Source of the DNA: an uncultured Bacillales bacterium
Lineage (GTDB): Bacteria; Bacillota_I; Bacilli_A; RF39; UBA660
Reading direction: 5' to 3'
Assembly: GCA_949948745.1 (NCBI GenBank)
Contig: CATLHA010000003.1
Span: 5,708 to 69,707 of the forward strand
DNA length: 64,000 bases
The translations under genes and the position numbers were made by a program. Below, in pieces: positions 52,540 through 62,337 of the stretch (its first letter is position 1; each line of letters starts with the position of its first letter). Below the pieces are notes generated by a model. That model worked only from the letters and a program-made list of their open reading frames with translations. It made no database searches and was not told the origin of the DNA.

Positions 52540-53756
52540 CTATAAATCAGATATCTTCTGTTTAATTTTCTCACCATGCAACGCTGTAACATCTTCGTGA
52601 TGTTGCTGTAAATAATTTTTTAATGCAAAAATAATTTCTTCTGCTGTTATATTTTCTAAATTAGCTTCTAATCGGTATTGAATTAGTTGCTCAATAAAAT
52701 CTCTAACATAATCAAAGTCTCCAAAATCCACTTGACAATAAAATTCACCATCATCAAAATGATAAAAAGTAATATTTCGACTATCTCGAAGGCAACCAAA
52801 TTCCCTTGATAATAAAAATGCATTTCCTGTCGAAATTAACTCACAAATTACTTCATCACATAAAGTTTTAGAATCTAGGTAATTAGAAAGAATAAGATCA
52901 CTACCAATAATTCTAACTTTAGTAGTAACATCTTCTTCCCAAGAATCCATTACTCCATGAACTACTCTTTTAGAAAAATATTGAAGAGTTCTAGAAGAAT
53001 ATTTTTCCCCTTCATAAACAGAGATTAGTTTACTAATAATATCACTAATAACTACAGAATCAAAAGAAGAATATTGGTGAAGTAATAATATGAACTCGGC
53101 TAATTTTTTCTTTAATAAATCAGTTTCCGTTTTATTTTCAGATAACTGTGTAGAATAAGAAGAAATAATCTTCTTCTTTGCTTCTTCTAATTCTCTACTC
53201 CTATTGTTTAAAATATCTTCTTTTTCTTCTAAAGAAGACTGAATTTTTTCTTGTTGTTTTGAAATCAAAGTAAATAAAGATTCTTGTTCTTCTCGAATTT
53301 CTTCATTTATCGAAGATACCATATCATCCTTCTTTTCTTCTGTTTTTTCTTCTTTCTCCTTTAAAATACCGACTGGTAATTGTAAATCACTCACACTACC
53401 ATCATAATGTAAAGTACCACAACAAATCTTTAATTCCCAAACTTTTTGTCTTTTTTCTTTTATCAAATAAATAGTAGACTCATAACATGGTGCACCACAC
53501 AATCCACTATAACCATTATGTTGGTGATTGTGCCAACGATTAATTTCAATCTCAACAAGATCTCCATCTATATTCATAAATTGTACTTTTCCATTTTCAT
53601 TATAAAATTTTTTTCTACTTCCCAACCAACATTTTCATATAAATGATGTTGTTCTTTATTATAGTAACAATTAGCCCCATTTTGATGTTCTAAAACAATC
53701 TTTTTTACTTTCTCATATAATAATGTCCCTGTTTCTTTTTCAATTTCTATCATAAT
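52540..53756 (-). CDS. Hypothetical protein, apparently split by a frameshift at an A7 run (53608-53614). A 45-codon N-terminal frame (53756 start) is followed by the 361-aa ORF
   Basis: ATG 53756 frame MIEIEKETGTLLYEKVKKIVLEHQNGANCYYNKEQHHLYENVGWEVEK... stops 15 codons after the A7 run. The ORF-track 361-aa frame begins within it, and one extra A would fuse both. Confidence 0.4.
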
Positions 53757-53842
53757 TTCAACTCCTTAATTGAATTATAATAAAAACTATAATATAAATA
53801 TAATATATATTTTTTATATTAAATATAAAGGGGACTTATATT

Positions 53843-54733
53843 ATGAATATTAATCTAGATCTTTACAAAATTTTCTATGTAGTTGCGAAAAACGGAAGTA
53901 TTTCTACGGCTGCTGAAGAATTTTATATCTCACAACCCGCAATTACATTTCAAATAAAAAAATTAGAAGAGCAACTAGGTGTTAGTTTATTTACAAGGAC
54001 AAAACATGGAATGGTTTTAACAGAAGAAGGAAAGGTTTTATTCGAATATGTAAAAATAGGAATTGAAAGCATTATCAATGGAGAAAACGCCCTATCCAAT
54101 CTAAAAAATTTAGATACTGGAACAATAAGAATTGGTGCATCTACTACTGTATGTCGACACGTTGTTATGCCATACTTAGAAAAGTTTCATGAGAAATATC
54201 CAAAAGTAGATATACAGATTGTAAATAATCTAACAGAGAATCTTTTAAAGGATTTACGAAATGGAAACCTAGATATCTTATTTTTAAATATGCCAATGAT
54301 AGAAAGTAAAGACTTAAAAACGATACCAATCTTAAGTGTTGAAGATATCTTTGTCGGAAACAAAAAATATCATGACTTAACAAATGGAAAAATAAATTTG
54401 AAAGATTTAAAGGATTATCCATTAATTTTTCAAAAACTACCATCAAATACTAGATCTTATTTAAATAATTACTTAAAAAATAATAATGTAACTCTGAGAC
54501 CTCAACTAGAAGTTGTAAGTTATAACTTAATTATGGATTTAGTAAAATCAGGATTTGGTATTGGATATGCTACAAAAGAATTTATAAAAACAGAATTAGA
54601 AAATAAATCATTATATGAAATAAAAGTAGCTCCAAAAGTACCCAAAAGATATATAGGAATGACTATTATTGATAAAAAGACACCAAACTATAGTGTAAAT
54701 AAATTAATAGAAATGATAAAAGAAAATGCTTAA
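53843..54733 (+). CDS. LysR-family transcriptional regulator
   Basis: N-terminal HTH (LYKIFYVVAKNGSISTAAEEFYISQPAITFQIKKLEEQLG) and LysR substrate-binding domain; 296 aa. Confidence 0.85.
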   Translation: MNINLDLYKIFYVVAKNGSISTAAEEFYISQPAITFQIKKLEEQLGVSLFTRTKHGMVLTEEGKVLFEYVKIGIESIINGENALSNLKNLDTGTIRIGASTTVCRHVVMPYLEKFHEKYPKVDIQIVNNLTENLLKDLRNGNLDILFLNMPMIESKDLKTIPILSVEDIFVGNKKYHDLTNGKINLKDLKDYPLIFQKLPSNTRSYLNNYLKNNNVTLRPQLEVVSYNLIMDLVKSGFGIGYATKEFIKTELENKSLYEIKVAPKVPKRYIGMTIIDKKTPNYSVNKLIEMIKENA

Positions 54734-54752
54734 CGAATTTTTAAGCATTTTT

Positions 54753-55460
54753 TCATTTAATATAACCTTTATACTTTAAATAAGCACATAACTCTGGACA
54801 AATATTATTTAAATCTATTTTAGTATTTTCTAAACAATAATTAAAAATATCCCTAAGATTAGAACTACTATTTTTTAAATAGCAAACTTTTATTTTATCA
54901 CTGTTAATCTTATGATCAGTGAAAGTATGCATATTCCACTTATCCATTATGGTGGTATCTAAATTCGAATATTTTTCAGAATAACCGCATATCTCTAAAT
55001 GTTTCTTTATATAACCTCGAGACTTTATTTCATCCTCATCATCGCAACTAAAATCTACATTCTCCTCTAATTCCAACTTTAAGAGAATTCCGTTATTTAG
55101 AATTTTATCAAGACTTCTAAATGCTCTTTTTTGATGCAGTTTACTTACTTTTAAAATTTTAAAATAACTATTACCTATCATATTAGGAAACCATTTATGT
55201 CTTAAGAAGAAAGCACCTAGTTTATAGATAAATGGAATTACAGGCACCTAATATAATGCATTAATCCAACAATCAAATAAGATCAATAGGTTATCCAAGC
55301 CCTCTACAAAAAATATTTTTCTAGTTTTTTCTATATTTTTAGCATGACTTCCAATATTTGGAATCAATCCTTTAGATTGAATTGATTCTAAATTTTTTCT
55401 ATCTGTAAAATGAAAATAATTAGAATTTAAACTTTCATCATTCAATATATACTTTCTCAT
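54753..55460 (-). pseudogene. Gene interrupted by an in-frame TAG (70-aa + 164-aa ORFs in the same frame). N-terminus resembles DarT/DUF4433-type toxins, tentative
   Basis: ORFs 55248..55460 and 54753..55247 are contiguous in one frame separated only by TAG at 55248-55250. N-terminal motif YFHFTDRKNLESIQSKGLIP. Confidence 0.4.
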
Positions 55461-55565
55461 TTATTTCATCCTATTCTAACTTCATTATATACAGTATATC
55501 AAATGACAAAACAAAAATAAATAAACAAAAGAAAAACTCTTGAAAATCAAGAGTCTAATATCGAA

Positions 55566-55650
55566 TGGTGCGGGTAACAGGAGTTGAACCTGCAAGCCTT
55601 GCGGCGCTAGATCCTAAGTCTAGTGCGTCTGCCAATTCCGCCATACCCGC
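55566..55650 (-). tRNA. tRNA-Leu (anticodon UAG)
   Basis: Minus-strand cloverleaf GCGGGTA...TACCCGCACCA, anticodon loop CUUAGGA, long variable arm, encoded CCA. Confidence 0.85.
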
Positions 55651-55656
55651 ATTTAG

Positions 55657-55733
55657 TGGTGGACCCTGATGGACTCGAACCATCGACCGTTCGGTTATGA
55701 GCCGAATGCTCTAACCAACTGAGCTAAGGGTCC
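55657..55733 (-). tRNA. tRNA-Met (anticodon CAU, elongator-type; could be lysidine-modified Ile2)
   Basis: Minus-strand GGACCCTTAGCTCAGTTGGTTAGAGC...anticodon loop CUCAUAA...GGTTCGAGTCC...AGGGTCCACCA, 77 nt with CCA, paired 1:72. Confidence 0.8.
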
Positions 55734-55803
55734 ATCGACTTTTTAATAGTAACATATTTTTTATATTGATGCAATAGATTTTTTTAATTTTATCATTTTT
55801 TAA

Positions 55804-56223
55804 TTACTTATTAAGCATATTTAATAGATTTACTTTAAAAATATCTTTTTTAGGATTACTTTTAGAAATCATAACGCCTTTATAAGCAGTAAGTTCAGCA
55901 CGATGTCCTTCTTCCAAAATATCATCTGGTGTTATATTAGTCAAAAGCACCACTTTCTTTTCTTCATATATAGTATAATGTAAACGAACCTTTCCATGAA
56001 CTTTTTGAAACAATTCATCCGTTGGCAACTCTAATTCATAGCTTTTTGTCTTCTCAATTTTATTTTCTGAAACTATTTTTCCAAGAAAGTTCCCATTTCT
56101 AAGTTCTGGATAATCCTTAAAAACCAGTTCCTTATATGCAAGCATATTATACTTACGTAAAGTACGTTCTTTTACTTTAAAATCATTTTCATTTTGATAT
56201 TCAAACACATAAGATTGATTCAT
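55804..56223 (-). CDS. Hypothetical protein (139 aa)
   Basis: Intact ORF; no recognisable family. Confidence 0.35.
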   Translation of the reverse strand: MNQSYVFEYQNENDFKVKERTLRKYNMLAYKELVFKDYPELRNGNFLGKIVSENKIEKTKSYELELPTDELFQKVHGKVRLHYTIYEEKKVVLLTNITPDDILEEGHRAELTAYKGVMISKSNPKKDIFKVNLLNMLNK

Positions 56224-56344
56224 AATTTCAACCCCCTATCTTAAAACCCCATTTTTAATACAACGTATGCATTATTCTACTACAAAATGAAAATAAACGC
56301 AAGCAAAATTTTGACTTTTTTCAACAAAAGCAAAAGAAAAAAGC

Positions 56345-58102
56345 CTATTTTTGGCCTTTTTCTGTAATATTAATACCCAATTCTTGTAATTGTTTATCAT
56401 CAACCAAGTTTGGACATTCACTCATTAAACAAGATGCGCTAGCAGTTTTAGGGAATGCAATGACATCTCGAATATTTTCAGTTCCAACAAGTAACATTGT
56501 TAATCGGTCAAGTCCTAAAGCAAGTCCTCCATGAGGTGGAGTTCCATAATTGAATGCTTCTAAGAAGAAACCAAATTTTTCTTTTGCTTGTTCCAAAGTA
56601 AATCCTAACGCTTCAAACATTTTAGCTTGAACATCTGCCTGATGGATACGAATACTTCCACCACCTGCTTCATATCCATTAATAACAATATCATAAGCCT
56701 TAGAATAACAATTTGCCTTATCATTCAACAACTTATCAATATCTTCATCTTTTGGTGCTGTAAATGGATGATGACATGCCATAAATCTTCCTTCTTCTTC
56801 ACTATATTCGAAGGATGGGAAATCTACAACCCACAATAATTTATAATCATTTTTATCAATCAAATCTAAATCACGAGCTAATTTGATACGAAGCTCTCCA
56901 AGAGCTGTTTTAGTAACATTATATTTATCCGCAACAATTAAAATTAAATCATTTTCTTCAATTTCTAACTGTTCTTTCATAGCATGAAGCTCTTCTTCTG
57001 TAACTACTTTACGAATACTTCCAGAAAATTCCCCTTCACTATATTTTAACCATGCAAGACCTGAAGCACGATAAGTTTTAACATATTCTGTAAGTTTATC
57101 AATTTCTTTTCTAGAATACTTATCAGCACAATTTTTACCAACAATACATCCTACTTCTCCATTTGCATTTAAAACATTTTGAAATACAGTAAACTCCGTA
57201 TTTTTAAAAATGTCATTCAAACTTTGAATCTTCATTCCAAAACGTAAATCTGGTTTATCGCTACCATAATCACGAATTGCGTCTACATATTTCATTCTTT
57301 GTAAAGGTAAAGATAATTCGATACCCTTCATTTCTTTAAATACTTTCGCAAGTAAACGTTCTGTAGTAGAAATAACATCATCTTCATCAACAAAGCTCAT
57401 TTCAACATCGACTTGAGTAAATTCAGGTTGGCGATCAGCTCTTAAGTCTTCATCCCTAAAACATTTTGCAATTTGATAATACTTTTCCATTCCACCAATC
57501 ATTAGTAACTGTTTAAAAATTTGAGGAGATTGAGGTAATGCATAAAATTTACCATGATTTACACGAGAAGGAACCAAATAATCTCTTGCTCCCTCTGGTG
57601 TAGACTTACATAAAACAGGTGTCTCTACTTCAACAAATTCTTCCTCATAGAAGAAATTTCGAATGACATTCATAAGTTTACTTCTTACCATTAAGTTACT
57701 TTTTAAAGTAGGACGTCTTAAATCTAAGTAACGATACTTTAATCTAGTATCTTCTAAAGCTGTAGTATCATCACTAATTTCAAATGGTAAATCACCAGCC
57801 ATACTTTCTAATACTAAATCAGTAACGATAACCTCAATTTCACCAGTAGGAATTTTACTATTTTTACTTTCCCTTTCCACAACTTCACCAGTAGCTTTAA
57901 TGACAGACTCTGTTTTTAAACTACTAGCAAGTTCATAAAATTTATTTTCAGGTCGAACAACTAATTGAATAATACCACTTCTATCTCTTAAATCAATAAA
58001 TACTAATCCACCAAGATTTCTTTTTTTAGAAACCCAACCACATAATTCAACTGTTTGTCCAACATTATTTATATTAAACTCTACATTATTACATTTTTTC
58101 AT
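56345..58102 (-). CDS. aspS: Aspartate--tRNA ligase
   Basis: Class II aaRS motifs (FRDEDLRADRQPEFTQVD, GGGSIRIH, GLDRL), N-terminal OB anticodon-binding domain; ~585 aa. Confidence 0.9.
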   Translation of the reverse strand: MKKCNNVEFNINNVGQTVELCGWVSKKRNLGGLVFIDLRDRSGIIQLVVRPENKFYELASSLKTESVIKATGEVVERESKNSKIPTGEIEVIVTDLVLESMAGDLPFEISDDTTALEDTRLKYRYLDLRRPTLKSNLMVRSKLMNVIRNFFYEEEFVEVETPVLCKSTPEGARDYLVPSRVNHGKFYALPQSPQIFKQLLMIGGMEKYYQIAKCFRDEDLRADRQPEFTQVDVEMSFVDEDDVISTTERLLAKVFKEMKGIELSLPLQRMKYVDAIRDYGSDKPDLRFGMKIQSLNDIFKNTEFTVFQNVLNANGEVGCIVGKNCADKYSRKEIDKLTEYVKTYRASGLAWLKYSEGEFSGSIRKVVTEEELHAMKEQLEIEENDLILIVADKYNVTKTALGELRIKLARDLDLIDKNDYKLLWVVDFPSFEYSEEEGRFMACHHPFTAPKDEDIDKLLNDKANCYSKAYDIVINGYEAGGGSIRIHQADVQAKMFEALGFTLEQAKEKFGFFLEAFNYGTPPHGGLALGLDRLTMLLVGTENIRDVIAFPKTASASCLMSECPNLVDDKQLQELGINITEKGQK

Positions 58103-58119
58103 AATCATAACTTCTTTCT

Positions 58120-59520
58120 TTATTCATTTTCTTCATGAGAATGGCAATCGCAATGATTACCACATCCACAGTTTCCTTCTCCATTACAATGACATTCATG
58201 ACCTTCTTCATGTTCATGACTACATCCACAATCGCAATCTGCATCATCTTCGCTCATCAAATGTTCATCAAGGTAATAAAGAATATAATCAATATCAACT
58301 AATTCCTCTTCTTTTGTCTTATTATTCTTAATTTTTACTTGATTATTTTCTAAATCAGTATCATTTAAAATAATTAAGAACCTACTATTTAGTCGATCTG
58401 CTTGTTTAAATTGTCCCTTTAACCCTCTATTTGTGTATTCTGTTTCTACTGAAAAACCATTCATACGAAGTTCTTGAACTAAAGTAGTTGCGTACTCTTT
58501 TTCTGTATCAGAAACATACATTACAAAAGCATCTAGACTATTGTTAATTGGTAATTCTACTTGTTCTTTTTCTAAAGCAAGCATAAGTCTTCCAAGTCCC
58601 ATCGCAAAACCGATTCCAGGAACTTCTGGACCACCTAATGCTGATACAAGGCCATTATAACGACCTCCACCACCTAAAACATTTTGACTTCCAAATCCTT
58701 CAATATCTGCTTCAATTTCAAATACTGTATGATCATAATAATCTAATCCACGTACAATCGATGGATTCACTTCAAAATCAATATCTAATAAATTTAAATA
58801 TTTTTGAACCATTTCAAAACGTTTCTTACTTTCTTCATTCAAGTAATCAGTCATGACTGGTGCATTTTTCATAATCTCAGTATCAGCATCTACTTTACAA
58901 TCTAAAACACGAAGAGGATTCTTTTGTAAACGAACCTTACAATCTTCACATAATGAATCCACATGTGGCATAAAGTGTTCTACTAAAGCCTTACGATAAT
59001 TATCTCTAGATTCCTTATCACCTAATGAATTAATATTTACCTTAATCCCTTTTAATCCTAAAATTCTATAAATATTAACAGCCAGTGAAATAACCTCAGC
59101 ATCGATCATTGGATCATCACTACCAAGTACTTCAACACCAAACTGGGTAAGTTCTCTATCTCTTCCGGATTGAGGACGTTCATAACGATACATTGTACCA
59201 TTATAATAAAGTTTAACTGGTTGTGTAGCATCTCCATACATTTTATTTTCGATAAAACTACGAACAACTCCAGCTGTTCCTTCTGGACGAAGAGTGATAC
59301 TACGATCCCCTTTATCTTTAAAATCGTACATTTCTTTACTTACAACATCCGTTTCTTCTCCAATTCCACGATGATATAACTCACTCGCTTCAAAGATAGG
59401 TGTACGAATAAAATCGTAGTTATATCTTTCACAAACAGCATCAATTACATTTGATACATATTTCCACTTCTTAGCTTCATCGCCATAAATGTCATGACAT
59501 CCTTTTTGTTTTGTTATCAT
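58120..59520 (-). CDS. hisS: Histidine--tRNA ligase with unusual Cys/His-rich C-terminal tail
   Basis: HisRS motifs (KWKYVSNVIDAVCERYNYDFIRTPIFE, RPEGTAGVVR, GGGRYNGL). Last ~45 aa CDCGCSHEHEEGHECHCNGEGNCGCGNHCDCHSHEENE; start MITKQKG. Confidence 0.9.
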   Translation of the reverse strand: MITKQKGCHDIYGDEAKKWKYVSNVIDAVCERYNYDFIRTPIFEASELYHRGIGEETDVVSKEMYDFKDKGDRSITLRPEGTAGVVRSFIENKMYGDATQPVKLYYNGTMYRYERPQSGRDRELTQFGVEVLGSDDPMIDAEVISLAVNIYRILGLKGIKVNINSLGDKESRDNYRKALVEHFMPHVDSLCEDCKVRLQKNPLRVLDCKVDADTEIMKNAPVMTDYLNEESKKRFEMVQKYLNLLDIDFEVNPSIVRGLDYYDHTVFEIEADIEGFGSQNVLGGGGRYNGLVSALGGPEVPGIGFAMGLGRLMLALEKEQVELPINNSLDAFVMYVSDTEKEYATTLVQELRMNGFSVETEYTNRGLKGQFKQADRLNSRFLIILNDTDLENNQVKIKNNKTKEEELVDIDYILYYLDEHLMSEDDADCDCGCSHEHEEGHECHCNGEGNCGCGNHCDCHSHEENE

Positions 59521-59524
59521 ATTT

Positions 59525-59790
59525 TCCTCTTCCTTTCTTTTTCTGCTAAAAAATAAAAAGGTAACACTACAAAGGACGAATTTTACTTCGTGGTGCCACC
59601 TTATTTTCATAATTTCTTATGCTTAAAATCTTTAACGCAGAATTACGTTTCTTTTAATAGAAAGTGTCTTCATTAACTCCTAATCGATATTTTCACCAAC
59701 CATATCTTCTCTAAAATTAGGAATATTAATTACTCTTCTTTCCAAGAATCTATTATTATTTTACAACATTTTTTTATAAAATTCAAGAAA
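59525..59790 (-). promoter_or_regulatory. T-box riboswitch leader of the hisS-aspS operon
   Basis: Minus strand contains T-box sequence AAUAAGGUGGCACCACGAAG whose 5' half can pair with downstream CUUUGUAGUGUUACC + U-run (terminator/antiterminator alternative). AGAGA-containing stem I region upstream. Confidence 0.55.
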
Positions 59791-59801
59791 ATAAAAATCT
59801 T

Positions 59802-60662
59802 TTAATTTGAATATGTCTTTACCTTAGCTTCTTTCTTTTGATTTCCATCCATATCATAAGTAACAACGGTTACAGTACCATCCTCATTAGTCACATATTC
59901 TTTATAACATTGTTCTCCATAACTATCAACAAATAAAGTCCTGTTATAAACTTTAATATAAATATCATCATCTACTGAAATTCCATAATATCCTTGATCA
60001 AATGGACCTTTTACAAGTAAAGTATAAACAGAAGATACTTGATTAGCAATAACTCCCTTTTCCAAATAATCAGACTCTAAAAATCTTTCTTGAATAACAG
60101 AACCAGAAGTATAGCCGTTCATTCCTGTCATTGTTCCTTCAATAAATTCATCATTTTGTCCATCAATTTGATTCACTCCATAATAACAAGTATCGTCTCC
60201 AATTAAAAATCCTGGCAAAGTACTATTATGTACTCCTCCATCCATTGTATCTTGCTTAATTCCATCCATTCTCTTTTGCTTCGCAACAATAGAAGTATCT
60301 GTATGAATATCATTAATATAAACCTCATACCCTTCAGGAAGACCTTCTGTATAAATTTTAGTATACAACTTTTTATCATCAGTAATCGTCCAATATTCTC
60401 CATTTTCTAGTTCCCCAGAATATTCAATTACTAGTTTAAAATCCTCTCCTGGCACATCTTTTACTACTTTAATTCCATTTTCTAAAAAGCTGTCTTCAGA
60501 GTCTTCATTAAAATCTACTATTTTAGAATCATCAATTACATTAGTTGAAAGTTCAGTTTCACCACATCCTACTAAAGAAGTAGAAATAAAACTAAAAGAA
60601 CTTACTATCAACAATTTTCTTAAAATTCCAACTTTTAAATTTTTTATTTTCATAAAATTCAT
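59802..60662 (-). CDS. Putative lipoprotein (286 aa)
   Basis: Signal peptide with lipobox LVGC. Confidence 0.5.
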   Translation of the reverse strand: MNFMKIKNLKVGILRKLLIVSSFSFISTSLVGCGETELSTNVIDDSKIVDFNEDSEDSFLENGIKVVKDVPGEDFKLVIEYSGELENGEYWTITDDKKLYTKIYTEGLPEGYEVYINDIHTDTSIVAKQKRMDGIKQDTMDGGVHNSTLPGFLIGDDTCYYGVNQIDGQNDEFIEGTMTGMNGYTSGSVIQERFLESDYLEKGVIANQVSSVYTLLVKGPFDQGYYGISVDDDIYIKVYNRTLFVDSYGEQCYKEYVTNEDGTVTVVTYDMDGNQKKEAKVKTYSN

Positions 60663-60767
60663 CCCTACAAAAAATATCGTCTCTATATTATATTAAAAAA
60701 CTAACTATGTCAATGATTTAATAGATTAACTACTTTTACCAGTTTCTCAAAAACTATTCCTCTATTA

Positions 60768-60914
60768 TTATTTTAAAACCTTATAATATCGATGTGGTGA
60801 TGTTTGAATAAACTCATCGTTTTTGTAATAGAGATTTCTAGTTGGTAATACTGGAAGTTCTTTAAACTGTCCTAAAATATCATGATTTCTAGGTACATAA
60901 TATATCTTTGTCAT
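60768..60914 (-). CDS. Small hypothetical protein (48 aa), translationally coupled to upstream 28-aa peptide (not in ORF track, <60 aa)
   Basis: MTKIYYVPRNHDILGQFKELPVLPTRNLYYKNDEFIQTSPHRYYKVLK*; ATG overlaps upstream TGA (ATGA). Confidence 0.3.
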   Translation of the reverse strand: MTKIYYVPRNHDILGQFKELPVLPTRNLYYKNDEFIQTSPHRYYKVLK

Positions 60915-60997
60915 TCATTGTAACCATTTTCACAAAGTAATAAAACAATTAATATAGTAGCAAGAAAACAAAATCCCATCAATAATAAAACGACCAT
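60911..60997 (-). CDS. Small hydrophobic peptide (28 aa, single TM)
   Basis: MVVLLLMGFCFLATILIVLLLCENGYNE*; stop overlaps start of the 48-aa ORF. Confidence 0.3.
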   Translation of the reverse strand: MVVLLLMGFCFLATILIVLLLCENGYNE

Positions 60998-61021
60998 ATA
61001 TAGTCGCCTTATTTCATTATT

Positions 61022-61501
61022 TTATTTAATATGTTTTGTATAAAAGTCTAATCGCCATTTCATTTCCTGAACTCTAATTTTCTTTTCTAAAGTTCTAGCA
61101 TGAGCAATGATGAGCCCAACAATTGGTGGAATAATAGCTAAAATCATCATTCCATTTGAACCAGAAGAACTGCTAGAAATACTAGATGCTTTCTCCTGGA
61201 AAGTTGAAACAGATAAAATCATCAAAGAAAACATAAGTCCAATAAAAAACCAATATACGTAAGTCATAGTAACAGAACGCTGAATTTTTAAAATATAAGA
61301 AATATATTTACTTTTTTCAAATTGAAGACCTGTGTCCACACCTTCTTTTATTACTATAGGAACACTTTTCTCTTCTACAATTTCTTTCTTTTTTACTTCT
61401 TCCTTAATTTCTTTTACTTCTTCTTGAACCATTTTATGTCCACATTTGGCACAAAACATGTTTTTTTCAGCATTTTTTGCACCACAATTTTCACAATACA
61501 T
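61022..61501 (-). CDS. Zinc-ribbon domain membrane protein
   Basis: N-terminal MYCENCGAK...CAKCGHK zinc ribbon followed by TM helices. Confidence 0.5.
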   Translation of the reverse strand: MYCENCGAKNAEKNMFCAKCGHKMVQEEVKEIKEEVKKKEIVEEKSVPIVIKEGVDTGLQFEKSKYISYILKIQRSVTMTYVYWFFIGLMFSLMILSVSTFQEKASSISSSSSGSNGMMILAIIPPIVGLIIAHARTLEKKIRVQEMKWRLDFYTKHIK

Positions 61502-61571
61502 AATCTCACTCCTATTTTAAAGAATAAAAGAAACTAATTAATAGTTTCCTTATTTCTATTTATAAATCTTC

Positions 61572-62318
61572 TTAGAATAAAATTTTAGGTATTAAATAGA
61601 ATACTAAGAATGCAGCTACAGCAATTGCAGCAGTATAACTATAACCCGTTTTTTCTTCATCTAAATCTGTAGTTTTAATAAATCCATGATAAAGTTGAAC
61701 CCAATATAAAATTGTCGCAACTCCTAGTACAATTCCCATAACTTTAGTAGAAATATACATACAAACAAGAGCTACTAAAGTAGTTACTGTAGTTAATGCT
61801 GATGCAGTACCAACCAAAGCAAAAGCTTGTTTAATATCCCCATTTCCTTTAAATACAGGTCCAGCTAATACATATAAAGTAAGTGCAGTTCCAGCAAAGC
61901 CTCCAAAGAATAATACAAAGATTTTAACTAAAACTTCCATTGGAATATCAGTAGAACCAAGACTACCCATTCCCATAAAATACATAAAACCACTATTAGA
62001 AGTAACCTCTTTTACTGCCATAAAAATGAAAAGTACATATACTAAGCAATTAATAGCGATTAAAATTAATCCTAATCCCATATTCTCTGCTTTTCCATAT
62101 TGTTTCATAGTTTGAATTGGATGAGTAAAGATTCCCTTTACAATATCCATCGCCTTATTTAAATAATCATTTGCTATACTAGAAGTAGGAGCACTCGCTA
62201 CTACTCGTTCTGTTTCTACGTTTTTAACTTCTTGTTTAACTTCTTGTTGGCAAGTACAAACCTCACCATCTTCTAATTTTTTACCACATTTTGTACAAAA
62301 TTTTGCCATGTTTTTCAC
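61572..62318 (-). CDS. Zinc-ribbon + Yip1-like multi-pass membrane protein
   Basis: FCTKCGKKLEDGEVCTC zinc ribbon, then ~5 TM helices. Confidence 0.5.
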   Translation of the reverse strand: MKNMAKFCTKCGKKLEDGEVCTCQQEVKQEVKNVETERVVASAPTSSIANDYLNKAMDIVKGIFTHPIQTMKQYGKAENMGLGLILIAINCLVYVLFIFMAVKEVTSNSGFMYFMGMGSLGSTDIPMEVLVKIFVLFFGGFAGTALTLYVLAGPVFKGNGDIKQAFALVGTASALTTVTTLVALVCMYISTKVMGIVLGVATILYWVQLYHGFIKTTDLDEEKTGYSYTAAIAVAAFLVFYLIPKILF

Positions 62319-62337
62319 TCCTTTTTCTTATTTTATT

